Source: an uncultured Alphaproteobacteria bacterium
Lineage (GTDB): Bacteria; Pseudomonadota; Alphaproteobacteria; UBA7985; CAJQQZ01
Assembly: GCA_905480575.1 (NCBI GenBank)
Contig: CAJQQZ010000046.1
Location: 556-64,555, forward strand
Length of the DNA: 64,000 bases
Reading direction: 5' to 3'
The position numbers and the translations under genes are program-made. The notes beneath the pieces are model-generated. The model saw only the letters and a list, made by a program, of their open reading frames with translations. It was not told where the DNA came from and did not search any database. Below, piece after piece: positions 28,264 to 38,969 of the stretch. How positions within the stretch are numbered: position 1 is the stretch's first letter; each line of letters starts with the position of its first letter.

Positions 28264-29280
28264 ATGTCCGAAATTTACATCGATTACCTTGGCGGGCCAG
28301 ACATAGCCCAACTTAACCTCACCAATGACGACATTCTGAATGCTATCGAGGAAAGCTTGTCCGCGCAAGGAAACGGCAAGACCGCCATTGAACCCCGCGT
28401 CCATTTACAGCCTTCGAAAGCGCCAACAGCGCCGAAGATAAATGGGCATTTTAACGTGTTGAGAGGTTATGTTGAGCCGATGGGTCTGGCAGGCGTGAAG
28501 GTTGTCGGAGACTACGTCGACAATTATAAGCAGGGCCTGCGGTCCGAGATGGCACTCCTTAATCTCTTTGACCCCACCAACGGTACGCCGTTGGCCGTCA
28601 TTGATGCTTCTGACATTACCGACATGCGGACAGGTGCTGTTACGGCTCTTGGTGCTAAGTATCTCGCACGAAAAAACTCAAAGATCCTTGGCCACATCGG
28701 TGCACGCGGCACATCTTACTGGAATGTTCGTCTGCTAGATCATCTGTTCGACTTTGATGAAATCCGTGTTCACTCTCGCCGCCCCGAAAGCCGCGATGCC
28801 TTTGGTGCTAAACTTTCAGAAGACCTCGGCAAAAAGGTAAAAGTAGTCGACAATTGGGAAGACTGTCTGGTTGGCGCAGACATCATGGTGGAAGCGTCTC
28901 GACTGAACGAGCCAACACCATTGTTTAAAACCGAGTGGATCAAAAAGGGGTGCTGTGTCATTCCGTATGGTACGATGTCAGCACTCGAATTGTCCTTAAC
29001 TGACATCATGAGCAAGATCGTCATGGATGACTGGGGCCAAGCTCACGCCGGTCCATTCGGAGCACTGCGCCCGCACATCGATGCGGGGAAATTCAGCGAA
29101 GATAACTTTCATGGTAATTTGGGGGATATAGTTGCCGGTCATAAACCAGGACGGGAGACAGAACAGGAGATAAACTTGTTCTGGCACAGAGGATTGAGCC
29201 TAAGTGACATCGCACTCGGCCATGCAATGCTCCAAAAGGCGAAAACGTTAGGTTTAGGGCAGAAGTTGAGATTTTCTTAG
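28264..29280 (+). CDS. ornithine cyclodeaminase / mu-crystallin family protein
   Basis: AGVKVVGDYVDN, ITDMRTGA, GHIGARG NAD-binding loop and GLSLSDIA motifs. Confidence 0.9.
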   Translation: MSEIYIDYLGGPDIAQLNLTNDDILNAIEESLSAQGNGKTAIEPRVHLQPSKAPTAPKINGHFNVLRGYVEPMGLAGVKVVGDYVDNYKQGLRSEMALLNLFDPTNGTPLAVIDASDITDMRTGAVTALGAKYLARKNSKILGHIGARGTSYWNVRLLDHLFDFDEIRVHSRRPESRDAFGAKLSEDLGKKVKVVDNWEDCLVGADIMVEASRLNEPTPLFKTEWIKKGCCVIPYGTMSALELSLTDIMSKIVMDDWGQAHAGPFGALRPHIDAGKFSEDNFHGNLGDIVAGHKPGRETEQEINLFWHRGLSLSDIALGHAMLQKAKTLGLGQKLRFS

Positions 29281-29347
29281 CTTCAATTATCAACCACAAA
29301 AAAGCCACCAAAAGAGTGTCTAGCTATCATCCGCTACCCGCTTTAGA

Positions 29348-30514
29348 ATGTCACAAATGACCAGAAGCTTAGACCGATATATTTTCTCTCAACTCGCCCT
29401 AACCAGCGTCGCCATTACGATTGTGCTGGTGATTGCGGCAGTGCTCACAAAATCTTTGACGTTGTTCAAGAAAGTTGTCAGTGGCGATCTCCCTCTTGGG
29501 ACTTTCTTTGATTTCATTTTTCTTATTGTACCCTCAATGATCGCGGTCATTCTGCCTATTTCCGTTTTTGCAGCGGCGCTTTTTGTTTATGAGAAACTAT
29601 CCTCAGACAGCGAACTCGTCGTTTTAAGAGCGACTGGTGTCAGTACATTCAGGCTCGCCATGCCAGCTTATGTTTTGGCCGTTATTTCCTCGATCCTGCT
29701 TGTTTCGGTTACTTTTTATTTTTTGCCTGCCTCTGTTGGCACCATGAAAGCAATGCAGAGGACTCAGGCTCTCAGTTTGGCAAAAACCCTGATTGACGTC
29801 GGCGTGTTTAAAGAAATCCGCCCTGGTATTACGGCCTTTGTCGGCGGCAAAGACGAACAAGGGCGTTTGACCGAAATTGTTCTGCACGACGAGAGAAAAC
29901 CTGAAGCAACGACCACTGTAACTGCAAAACGCGCAGAGCTCTTTTCACATGAAGGCCAGATTCAAGTCATACTATACGATGGCGTCCGACAAACAATCGA
30001 GGCCTCAACTGATATTCCTTCTACTTTGGTATTTGATAAGACTGTTTACAAAGCGGGAGAAAACACCAACCAAAAACAAGTTCTCAAACGTAGCGACCTA
30101 AAGCCAAGAGAACTCTATGTTCACGAACTAGCGCAAATTGTGCGAACAACGGAAAATGTCAAAAAGAGAAACCGATACGCATCTGAGCTGCACGATCGGA
30201 TAACAACACCACTGCTGGTCATAGGTTTTGTCGCTCTGGCTCTCTCGATACTTTTATCTGGGGACATTAACCGCCGAGGTGCGGTAAAGAGAATTTTGTT
30301 GTCAATCTTACTTGTGGGCTCATTTCAGGTGCTGGTCCTGCTCGCCAAAAAACTAATCAAAAATGATGTTGATTACTATTGGCTCATCTATGTGGCGGCG
30401 CTTGCTCCGATTGGACTCGCTCTTCTCTGGCCGCATTGGATAAGACTGTACACGAGGTGGCTCATCGAACTTTCTGCTTATCAGATCAAGACCAAAACAA
30501 GAGCACCATTATGA
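29348..30514 (+). CDS. lptF: LPS export ABC transporter permease LptF
   Basis: LDRYIF, LSSDSELVVLRATGVS and ELHDRITTP motifs; synteny with lptG-lptD. Confidence 0.88.
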   Translation: MSQMTRSLDRYIFSQLALTSVAITIVLVIAAVLTKSLTLFKKVVSGDLPLGTFFDFIFLIVPSMIAVILPISVFAAALFVYEKLSSDSELVVLRATGVSTFRLAMPAYVLAVISSILLVSVTFYFLPASVGTMKAMQRTQALSLAKTLIDVGVFKEIRPGITAFVGGKDEQGRLTEIVLHDERKPEATTTVTAKRAELFSHEGQIQVILYDGVRQTIEASTDIPSTLVFDKTVYKAGENTNQKQVLKRSDLKPRELYVHELAQIVRTTENVKKRNRYASELHDRITTPLLVIGFVALALSILLSGDINRRGAVKRILLSILLVGSFQVLVLLAKKLIKNDVDYYWLIYVAALAPIGLALLWPHWIRLYTRWLIELSAYQIKTKTRAPL

Positions 30515-31617
30515 GACTCAGTTCAATCTCGACGATCTTAGTTTGGTATATTGTAAAGACCTATCTGGTTTGGTTCATCGGCATTACCACAACGATAATT
30601 TCTGTCATTTTCCTCGCTGATTTCGTCGACATGCTTCGCCGCGTTGCCAACGTCGAAGGAATAACTTTTAGTATCGCTGCACAGTTAGTAGCGCTTCGGC
30701 TACCCTACTTCGCACAAGAGCTAATACCGATTATGGTTCTTTTTGCATCCATGGGTGCCCTCTGGGCTTTGACAAGAAAACAAGAGCTTATCGTCGCTCG
30801 TGCAGCCGGAGTATCAGTTTGGCAATTTTTGTTCCCAATCATTCTAACTGCTATTGCATTGGGCGTTGTCTTTGTGACCCTGTACAACCCCATAGCTTCC
30901 AAGCTGTATTTCAGTTATTTGCACCTAGAGCATAAATACTTTGGCAAAAACAATGACCTGATTTCGATCGCCGGTAAGGGAACCGTTTGGATCAAACACG
31001 AAGATCATTCCGGCTACATAATCGCAAAAGGCCAACCTACAGGCGACTCGACAAAAATCTTACAAAATGCCATCGTCCTGCACTTCGATTCACGTGATAA
31101 TTTGCTGGAACGTTTCGATGCGGAGCAAATAATTTTCGAATCGGGACGCATCCGGATTCTATCCAGTTGGCACTCTAAGGCTACGACTCCACCAATATTT
31201 GTCGATAAAAGTGAACTTTTTTATCATGTTAGTGTCAGTGACGTTGCCAGCGCTATTCAAACAGCTGACTCCATAAGTCTTTGGGAATTGCCTGACTACA
31301 TCAAGTATCTCAAGCAATCAAAACTACCATATAGAGACCATGAGCTGCGATTCCACCATCTTTTGTCGCTTCCGATTCTGTTGGCTGTCATGATTTTTTT
31401 GAGCGCTGTTTTTTCCCTCCGACTGCCTCGTAAAGGAGGAACAGGGACTCTGATCGCCAGTGGAGCCGCAATAACCTTGATTATTTTCTTTTTTTCAGAT
31501 GTAATGAAGGCGATTAGCTTAAATGGGACTCTGCCTGTATTTCTAGGCGTTTGGGGGCCCATAGCGATAGTATTTTGTTTCTCGCTAGCTGTACTTTTAA
31601 AGACTGAGGATGGTTAA
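30511..31617 (+). CDS. lptG: LPS export ABC transporter permease LptG
   Basis: ELIVARAAGVSVWQFLFP, SLWELPDYI and C-terminal EDG; ATG 30511 overlaps the lptF stop. Confidence 0.88.
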   Translation: MRLSSISTILVWYIVKTYLVWFIGITTTIISVIFLADFVDMLRRVANVEGITFSIAAQLVALRLPYFAQELIPIMVLFASMGALWALTRKQELIVARAAGVSVWQFLFPIILTAIALGVVFVTLYNPIASKLYFSYLHLEHKYFGKNNDLISIAGKGTVWIKHEDHSGYIIAKGQPTGDSTKILQNAIVLHFDSRDNLLERFDAEQIIFESGRIRILSSWHSKATTPPIFVDKSELFYHVSVSDVASAIQTADSISLWELPDYIKYLKQSKLPYRDHELRFHHLLSLPILLAVMIFLSAVFSLRLPRKGGTGTLIASGAAITLIIFFFSDVMKAISLNGTLPVFLGVWGPIAIVFCFSLAVLLKTEDG

Positions 31618-31667
31618 CCACAACCGTCCTATATTTTACAAGGGTCCCGTATTTTCGGGTTTATTGA

Positions 31668-34025
31668 ATGATCCAACTTTTCAATTGGAATCGTCAGGTC
31701 TCCGTTTTTAACAAGGCCAGTACCCGCAAAGCTTTCAAACAAGCTTTGACTGGTGGTTTTCTTGCTTCTGTCGTTGTTCTTGGTTTCACAGCGATTGACA
31801 CTCGCCCAGTGTTTGCACAAGCAGACTTCAGCAATATCACAAGCAACATCAAACTTTCTGACGAAAAAGCTTTCTTAGGCGCCGACGAAGTTTGGTACGA
31901 CCAGAACCGTAGAGTTGTCGGCGCAAAGGGAAAAGTCGAGCTCTTTCAGGGTGACAAAGGCATAACCGCGGACCAAATCGAGTATTACCTCGATGAAGAG
32001 AAGATTATCGCAACTGGCAATGTAACCCTGCTAGAGCCCAGCGGTAACGTCATGTTTGCGGAAGAAATAAACCTCGACCAGGATTTGAAGCGGGGCTATG
32101 TCAAACAGATCGGTATGTTGTTATCCGATGGCACGCGCGCGGCAGCGGCGCATGGCATTCGGCGGTCGGAAACGATCATGGAATTGCAAAAAGCTGTATT
32201 CAGCCCCTGCCCTAACTGTAAAGACGATCCCACCAAACCTCTTTTTTGGGAACTGGGTGCAGACCAAATCATCTTAGACGATGAGCTACAGGAAGTTTTT
32301 TACAAAAACGCCAGATTTAAAATACTTGGCACAACTCTGTTCAAGACACCCTATCTTAGACATGCCGATCCACGCCTGGATCGGAAGTCAGGCTTTCTGC
32401 TACCAACAGCCAAATACAGCTCGGACCTCGGCTTCACGGCCGGGATGCGATACTTCCAGACCTTAGGCACCGGTACCGATATCTTGTTTCAACCAAGTGG
32501 TTACAGCGCGGGTGGTCTGTCACTCGCCGGTACTGCAAGGCATCGATTTGACGATGCCCTGATAGAGGTGTTTGCGCACGGCACATACATCGAACCCGGC
32601 ACTAAGCTCGAAACCAATATCCTGGAAAGCACTCACTCTGAAACGGAGGGGCTACTTCAGGCTAACGGCTGGTGGCATATCAATGATGAATGGCGCGCCA
32701 GTTTCGATGGCTTGGTCACCAGCGACAACCTTTATGCGCAAGATTTGGATATCAACAGCGCGCAAATTTATGAAAACAAGATCTTGCTGGAAGGTTTTCA
32801 TGGCCGCAGTTACACATCTGTCGCGGCTTATGATTATCAATATCTGAGGGACAGCACCACTTTTGACGAAGATACATTCCCCACTGCCTTACCTGAAGCA
32901 TCACATTCTTTCATTTCTCAACCAGGTCAAAATTTTGGTGAAGTTTGGCGGGCCGATCTAGGCAGTCGCTACCTTCACCGTGAAGCAGGTCGCGATTCTT
33001 TCAAATTGTCGGGACGCTTGGGCGTAGAAATTCCGTACCAAACAGAAAGTGGCCACCTCTTCCGATTTGAAGGCAACTTGAGAGGCGACTATTTCGACGT
33101 TGAACAAGTTGATCCGACCTCCAACGATGTCAATCCTTTGCCGCCGACCGCCACATACAGCGGTTCGGTTGATCGCTTTTACCCTGAAGGCAAAGTCGAG
33201 TGGCGCTATCCTCTCATCAAGAAAGGCCCGCAGTACTCTCAAATTTTCGAACCGATTGTCAGCTTCACTGCCACCCCTGATGACATAGATCTAAATGATG
33301 GCCGCATTCCGAATGAAGACAGCTCTAACTTTCAGTTCGACACAACAAATTTATTTGATATCAATCGGTTCGCTGGCACTGACCGTGTTGAACCCGGGCA
33401 AAAAGTCAATTACGGCGTGAACTGGTCTCTTTACGATCAGGGGCAAAAATCTGTCCAGATGTTCGTCGGGCAATCATATCGCCTGAACGATTCAACACTT
33501 TTCGCCACAAATTCTGGTGTTGAAGATCAACTGTCAGATGTCGTTGCTCACTTTCAGTTAAGACAGCAAGAAAGTTGGCCTCTGGGTGGACTTGGAACGA
33601 TTGAAGATGTCAAGTTAGACTACCTCACTCGCTTTGACATCGAAGACGAAAAACTAAGACGTAATGAGGTCTATGTTTCAGGCAAAGTCGCTGATTTCAC
33701 AGCAAGAGCCAGTTACCTTAGTTTCGACCTCGACAACGGTTTCCCGCGCCGCGAACAGGTCTCAGGCACGCTTGCCTACCGAATCGATGACAGCTGGTCA
33801 GTCGGTGGGTATTATTCACGTAATCTTGCAACTGACAAAAGCGTTCTAGCTTCTTCTTACCTCAAATATGTAAATGATTGCTTCTCAATGAAATTTACAG
33901 GCGCGAGAGAGTTTAGCTCCACCGGTAGCAACTTCACTTTTGGTGCTGTCATCTCTTTCACTCATTTGGGTATTTTTGACACCAACGGTAAGGATTTCTC
34001 CTCGATTTTGTCAGAAGACGATTAG
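31668..34025 (+). CDS. lptD: LPS assembly outer-membrane protein LptD
   Basis: OstA-like N-terminus, FSPCPNC, RKSGFLLP, IPNEDS, NRFAGTDRVE and Y.NDC motifs. Confidence 0.92.
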   Translation: MIQLFNWNRQVSVFNKASTRKAFKQALTGGFLASVVVLGFTAIDTRPVFAQADFSNITSNIKLSDEKAFLGADEVWYDQNRRVVGAKGKVELFQGDKGITADQIEYYLDEEKIIATGNVTLLEPSGNVMFAEEINLDQDLKRGYVKQIGMLLSDGTRAAAAHGIRRSETIMELQKAVFSPCPNCKDDPTKPLFWELGADQIILDDELQEVFYKNARFKILGTTLFKTPYLRHADPRLDRKSGFLLPTAKYSSDLGFTAGMRYFQTLGTGTDILFQPSGYSAGGLSLAGTARHRFDDALIEVFAHGTYIEPGTKLETNILESTHSETEGLLQANGWWHINDEWRASFDGLVTSDNLYAQDLDINSAQIYENKILLEGFHGRSYTSVAAYDYQYLRDSTTFDEDTFPTALPEASHSFISQPGQNFGEVWRADLGSRYLHREAGRDSFKLSGRLGVEIPYQTESGHLFRFEGNLRGDYFDVEQVDPTSNDVNPLPPTATYSGSVDRFYPEGKVEWRYPLIKKGPQYSQIFEPIVSFTATPDDIDLNDGRIPNEDSSNFQFDTTNLFDINRFAGTDRVEPGQKVNYGVNWSLYDQGQKSVQMFVGQSYRLNDSTLFATNSGVEDQLSDVVAHFQLRQQESWPLGGLGTIEDVKLDYLTRFDIEDEKLRRNEVYVSGKVADFTARASYLSFDLDNGFPRREQVSGTLAYRIDDSWSVGGYYSRNLATDKSVLASSYLKYVNDCFSMKFTGAREFSSTGSNFTFGAVISFTHLGIFDTNGKDFSSILSEDD

Positions 34026-34163
34026 GAATAAGTAAAGAACGCCCTCCTTGTTGCCTAAGAGAATTGGTTTCTCATTTTGGCCTAAGTTGATTGTTGTAAT
34101 AGGCTCTGTTAGAGCAGTGAGATAAATCGACCTATCGCTGTTACAAGCGTAAAAGACATCATT

Positions 34164-35444
34164 ATGAGGTTACACCCAATGGCTACTTTGATCTGTAGAG
34201 GAATTCTCAGCGCCTTTTTTTTCATCGTGCTTACTCTTTCTGCTCACGCTCAAACTTTGGCCCGTCCCGTTGCCGTGGTAAATGACTCTATTATCACGCA
34301 ATATGATCTTGATAACCGGATCGCCCTAGCGATCGCAAGCTCTGGTCTGGCCAATGATCCTCAGACTCGCCAGAAGACACAAAAGCAAGTGATGCAATCG
34401 CTGATCAACGAAGTTTTGCAGCTTCAAGAGGCACAGAAAGCCGGGATCAGCATTGGGCCGACAGATGTCGATGCAACCATTGCTAGAATAGCGAAACAGA
34501 ATGGCACTGATCTTCGGCAGTTTTTGCAGCAAATGCGAAATTCGGGTGTTAGTCCTTCGACGCTACGTCAACAAATCAGAGCACAAATGTCCTGGGTGCA
34601 GTTGGTTGGTAGACGGCTTGGCAGTCAAGTTCAGGTTACGGACGAAGAAGTGAACCGAAGCGTCTTGCGCCTCCAGCAAAATAAGGGGCGCACAGAAAGA
34701 TTGCTTGCTGAGATCTTCCTACCCTCTGACCAAAATGGCAGTTTCCAAGCAGCCGAACAAACGATGCAGGTTATTCTGCAAGAACTCAGAAACCGCAAAA
34801 GCTTTGGCGCAATCGCACAGCAATTTAGCCAGTCCGCAACGGCGGCTAAAGGCGGTGATTTGGGTTGGGTTATGGAAGGGCAATTGGCAGCCGATGTCGA
34901 ACGTGCTCTAACCAACAGCCGCAAGGGCACCGTCACCAAACCTATTAAGACACCCAATGGTATCTACATTTACGCCGTCAGGGGAACTAGGCAAATTGGT
35001 GTTGGCCGAACTGTTGAACTGGCCGCCATCAAACAGTTGATCATAGCGATGCCAGCTGACGCCCAGAGCCAAGCTGGGCAACAGGGCCTCGCCAAAGCCT
35101 ATGGTGTTTCTGAATCTGTGAGAAGCTGTGCTGAATTCGATAATGCTATGGCAACTATCGGAGATCAAGGGACAGAAGATCGTGGCATGGTCGAACTCTC
35201 TTCTTTCCCGCCAGACTTAGCCAAATTGCTGTCAGGCCAGCCAATTGGAAAACCCACCCCGCCGATCCCTGCGCCCAATGGAGCTGCAATACTGATCGTT
35301 TGTGACCGACAAACACGCACTGAGAACTCTTCTGTAGAACCCGCGAAAATCAAGCGGCAATTGCAAGAAGAACGTCTTTCTGTGTTGGCACAACGTTTCC
35401 TACGGGATTTACGCCGCAAAGCCTACATCGATCTTAGGATATGA
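34164..35444 (+). CDS. surA: SurA-like periplasmic chaperone / PPIase
   Basis: VAVVNDSIITQYDL, parvulin motif FSQSATAAKGGDLGW, C-terminal LRDLRRKAYID. Confidence 0.9.
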   Translation: MRLHPMATLICRGILSAFFFIVLTLSAHAQTLARPVAVVNDSIITQYDLDNRIALAIASSGLANDPQTRQKTQKQVMQSLINEVLQLQEAQKAGISIGPTDVDATIARIAKQNGTDLRQFLQQMRNSGVSPSTLRQQIRAQMSWVQLVGRRLGSQVQVTDEEVNRSVLRLQQNKGRTERLLAEIFLPSDQNGSFQAAEQTMQVILQELRNRKSFGAIAQQFSQSATAAKGGDLGWVMEGQLAADVERALTNSRKGTVTKPIKTPNGIYIYAVRGTRQIGVGRTVELAAIKQLIIAMPADAQSQAGQQGLAKAYGVSESVRSCAEFDNAMATIGDQGTEDRGMVELSSFPPDLAKLLSGQPIGKPTPPIPAPNGAAILIVCDRQTRTENSSVEPAKIKRQLQEERLSVLAQRFLRDLRRKAYIDLRI

Positions 35445-36445
35445 ATGAAGATCTGAAGCCAGCGGCTCTGACGCTCGGTGACCCAGCGGGGATTGCTGGT
35501 GAAATTACGATCAAGGCTTGGCAGCAGTTAAAAAACAGTGCGAGCCGATTTTTTCTTGTTGGTGATCCAAGCTACATTGAGCAATCGGCTAACTCACTCG
35601 ATTTAGACTGCCCAATTGCAACAATTAGCCATCCATCCCAAACTGGTGCGTGTTTCAGTGAGGCACTACCGATTTTGCCGGTGGAGTTGAACGTTCCTGC
35701 ACGAGCGGGGGTAGGCGACAGTCGTAACAGCGCTGCGATCACCCGATCAATCGAGATCGCTGTTGAGTGCAGCAAGTCTGGTCAGGCGGCGGGCGTGACG
35801 ACCAATCCGATCAACAAAGCTGTTCTTTATGAGGCAGGCTTTCAGCACCCAGGCCACACCGAATACCTCGCCGAGTTAGCTGGGGAAGATTGCACATCTG
35901 TCATGATGTTAGCTTGCGATGCGCTAAAGGTCGTACCACTCACGCTGCACGTGTCTCTCAAACAAGCCATTGAGCAAATCGACCGCCCTCTTCTCATCCA
36001 GGTCATTTCCATTGTTCATCAGGAAATGAAGAACAAGTTTGGCATTGAAAATCCAAGAATTGCTGTGTCTGGATTAAATCCTCACGCCGGAGAACAAGGT
36101 GCAATGGGGCGCGAAGAGATTGAAATCATCCAACCCGTTCTAAATGATTTATCCAACCAGGGGGTTGATGTTATTGGCCCATTGCCAGCCGACACCATGT
36201 TTCACGCTGCTGCTCGAGAAAACTATGACGTCGCGGTTTGCATGACTCACGATCAGGCCTTGATACCCATCAAAACCATTGCCTTTGACGATGGTGTGAA
36301 TGTGACATTGGGGCTGCCCTTTGTTCGAACGTCTCCAGATCACGGCACTGCGTTCAACATCGCGGGCCATGGAATCGCCAAGCCGAACAGTTTAATCGCC
36401 GCTATAAAAATGGCGCACCAGTTGCACCGCGGAACACAAAGCTAA
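35441..36445 (+). CDS. pdxA: 4-hydroxythreonine-4-phosphate dehydrogenase
   Basis: GDPAGIAGE, GHTEYL, GLNPHAGE and RTSPDHGTA motifs. Confidence 0.97.
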   Translation: MNEDLKPAALTLGDPAGIAGEITIKAWQQLKNSASRFFLVGDPSYIEQSANSLDLDCPIATISHPSQTGACFSEALPILPVELNVPARAGVGDSRNSAAITRSIEIAVECSKSGQAAGVTTNPINKAVLYEAGFQHPGHTEYLAELAGEDCTSVMMLACDALKVVPLTLHVSLKQAIEQIDRPLLIQVISIVHQEMKNKFGIENPRIAVSGLNPHAGEQGAMGREEIEIIQPVLNDLSNQGVDVIGPLPADTMFHAAARENYDVAVCMTHDQALIPIKTIAFDDGVNVTLGLPFVRTSPDHGTAFNIAGHGIAKPNSLIAAIKMAHQLHRGTQS

Positions 36446-37299
36446 TGAGCACTGACTTCCCTGATCTTCCGCCTTTGAAAGATGTCATTCGCGAGCACGG
36501 CCTCCTCGCCAAGAAGAGCCTTGGTCAAAACTTCCTGATGAACCCATCCGTGACCGACTACATTGCTGGTTCGGCTGGAGATCTGACGAAGGGAACCGTG
36601 GTTGAAGTTGGGCCAGGACCCGGTGGCCTCACCCGCAGCCTGTTACGAGCGGGCGCTAACAATCTGGTCGCGCTTGAGAAAGATGAGCGCTGCGTCAACG
36701 CCCTTCATCAGCTATCGCTCGCTTTTCCAAACCGACTGACAGTTTTAGAGCAAGATGCACTCACATTCGACTACAGCAGCCTGGGCGATAGCCCTGTCAT
36801 CATCGTGGCTAATCTCCCCTACAATGTCGCTACAACCCTCCTTATTGGATGGCTGAAGCTCATTGCTGACAAAGCTCTGCCCATCCAAAGCATGACGTTG
36901 ATGTTTCAGCGCGAAGTTGGCCAACGAATAACAGCCTCACCCGGCTCGAAAAGTTACGGCCGCTTGTCAGTGTTATGCCAGTGGCTCTGCGATACTTATT
37001 CGGTTTGTGAGCTGCCGCCATCAGCCTTCACACCGCCACCAAAGGTCCATTCGACAGTGGTTGGCTTTAAGCCGTTGGCGGAACCCCGCTTTAACACCAC
37101 CCTCAAGAGCCTTGAAACAGTCACTGCTGCTGCCTTTGGTCAAAGGCGGAAAATGCTTCGCCAGAGCCTTAAAAAGTTAGATGTCGAGTTGGAGACCTTG
37201 TTAGCTGAAGCGCAAATCGCTGGTACCCGCCGTCCTGAGGAACTATCGATACAGGAATTCGGCCAGCTTGCCTCAACCTATGAAAGCTTAGCCGTTTGA
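36445..37299 (+). CDS. rsmA: 16S rRNA m6,2A1518/1519 dimethyltransferase
   Basis: KKSLGQNFL, EVGPGPGGLT, ANLPYN and QRRKML motifs. Confidence 0.97.
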   Translation: MSTDFPDLPPLKDVIREHGLLAKKSLGQNFLMNPSVTDYIAGSAGDLTKGTVVEVGPGPGGLTRSLLRAGANNLVALEKDERCVNALHQLSLAFPNRLTVLEQDALTFDYSSLGDSPVIIVANLPYNVATTLLIGWLKLIADKALPIQSMTLMFQREVGQRITASPGSKSYGRLSVLCQWLCDTYSVCELPPSAFTPPPKVHSTVVGFKPLAEPRFNTTLKSLETVTAAAFGQRRKMLRQSLKKLDVELETLLAEAQIAGTRRPEELSIQEFGQLASTYESLAV

Positions 37300-37974
37300 A
37301 TGTGCGGTTGCTTCAGAGCGAAGAGCCGAAACAAAGTCATTGATCCCCGGCTGCCTTTGTCGACGTAAGCGCTCTGCCGTCAAAATCGCTTTTACCGAAG
37401 CAAGTGTTTCCTCAAGATCATCGTTGATGACAACGTAATCATACTCGGCACAGTGGCTCATTTCATCGGAAGCTTTCGCCATCCGGCCAGCAACCACTTC
37501 GTCACTGTCCTGCGCGCGGCTCTTCAATCGCCGTTCCAGTTCTCTTAAGGATGGCGGCAAAATAAACACCCTCACTAGGTCAGATGCCGCTTGCGCCTCA
37601 ACCTGTTGTGTGCCCTGCCAATCAATATCAAACAGGACATCCTTACCACTGGTCAGCTGATCGTTCACCGGCCCCTTTGGGGTTCCATAGTAATTGTCAA
37701 ACACACGCGCATGTTCCAGCAGGTCGTTTGCCGCCTTCATTTCTTCAAATCGAGGGATATCGATGAAATGATAGTCTTTGCCGTCGACTTCGCCAGGTCG
37801 GGGCGGACGCGTCGTTACAGAAACTGATAGGACGACATCATCATCATCTTGTAACAACCGCAGCGAAATCGTTGACTTGCCTGCGCCTGATGGTGACGAT
37901 AAAACAAAGAGCATTCCTCTGCGTTTAATGTCACGACGTAACTCAGAGGGGCGTTTTTGAGGGGCATTACTCAA
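37288..37974 (-). CDS. gmk: guanylate kinase
   Basis: SPSGAGKST, TTRPPRPGEVDGKDYHF, YYGT and DIDWQG motifs. Confidence 0.97.
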   Translation of the reverse strand: MSNAPQKRPSELRRDIKRRGMLFVLSSPSGAGKSTISLRLLQDDDDVVLSVSVTTRPPRPGEVDGKDYHFIDIPRFEEMKAANDLLEHARVFDNYYGTPKGPVNDQLTSGKDVLFDIDWQGTQQVEAQAASDLVRVFILPPSLRELERRLKSRAQDSDEVVAGRMAKASDEMSHCAEYDYVVINDDLEETLASVKAILTAERLRRQRQPGINDFVSALRSEATAHSNG

Positions 37975-38872
37975 TGTTCTGAACCTGCTCTTTAATTTGA
38001 TCGATGACGGCTTTTAGGGCGAGGCCCACTTCTGTCAATTTCTTATCCGCAGCTTTGGAACAAAGCGTGTTCGCTTCTCGGTTAAATTCCTGGCAAAGGA
38101 AATCAAGCTTGCGACCAACAGGATCAGGAGATGCCAACAAGGCGAAACCTGCGGTAATATGACTGCGCAGCCGGTCCAATTCTTCTCTGATGTCCGCCTT
38201 GGTTGCAAGAATTGCGATTTCTTGGGCAATTCTTTCTTCTGGAACAGGTGGCGTCTCTGTCATCAGCTTTGTCAACTGCTGCTCAAATCGCGCGCGCACG
38301 GTTGCAGGTACCGTGTCCGCCAAAGCTTCGGCCTGCTCAACGAGCTCAGAGACTTGAGTGAAAAGACCGCCAAGAACCTGCCCTATTCTTTGCCCCTCGT
38401 CATCCCTAGCCTCTGAAAGAGCTGAGAAGGTGTCATCAAGAGAACTGAGGAGCGATGCCATCGTCTCATCCGTTAACAGATCCGATGGCGCGCTTTGACT
38501 TTCCGCTGATTCAATAACGCCGCGAATTGAAAGCAACGACAATGCCGAGGGGCGGATGCCATCATTCTCTTCACAGAAGTCCTGCAACTGTTGTATTAAA
38601 TCGCGATTAACCGAAAGTGACTGTTCAGTTTCTAGTCTGTCCACAGCTAAAGAGAGTTGAATGTTACCTCGTGAAAAAGCTTTGCTGGCTTTACCTCGAA
38701 TCTCAGCTTCCAATTTTTCGAAACCATTTGGTAACCGAAACCTAACGTCAGCTGATTTACCGTTGACAGACTTGGCTTCCCAAACCCACGACAGTTGTCC
38801 TTCACTGGCTTGATGGCGTGCAAATCCGGTCATCGAAGCTGTTGATATCGTTCGTTCTGTTTTTTCGCTCAT
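37967..38872 (-). CDS. yicC: YicC/YloC family endoribonuclease
   Basis: SMTGFAR, KSVN, DIREELDRL, GRKLDFLCQEFNREANTLCSK and EQVQNIE motifs. Confidence 0.93.
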   Translation of the reverse strand: MSEKTERTISTASMTGFARHQASEGQLSWVWEAKSVNGKSADVRFRLPNGFEKLEAEIRGKASKAFSRGNIQLSLAVDRLETEQSLSVNRDLIQQLQDFCEENDGIRPSALSLLSIRGVIESAESQSAPSDLLTDETMASLLSSLDDTFSALSEARDDEGQRIGQVLGGLFTQVSELVEQAEALADTVPATVRARFEQQLTKLMTETPPVPEERIAQEIAILATKADIREELDRLRSHITAGFALLASPDPVGRKLDFLCQEFNREANTLCSKAADKKLTEVGLALKAVIDQIKEQVQNIE

Positions 38873-38969
38873 GAAAACAATTTAACTCAGTTATCTGGAA
38901 AATGAAAATTCTACAGACGATCATTAGGTAAATTTGTTATCAACGCGGGTGCAATATGGGAACCATTAA

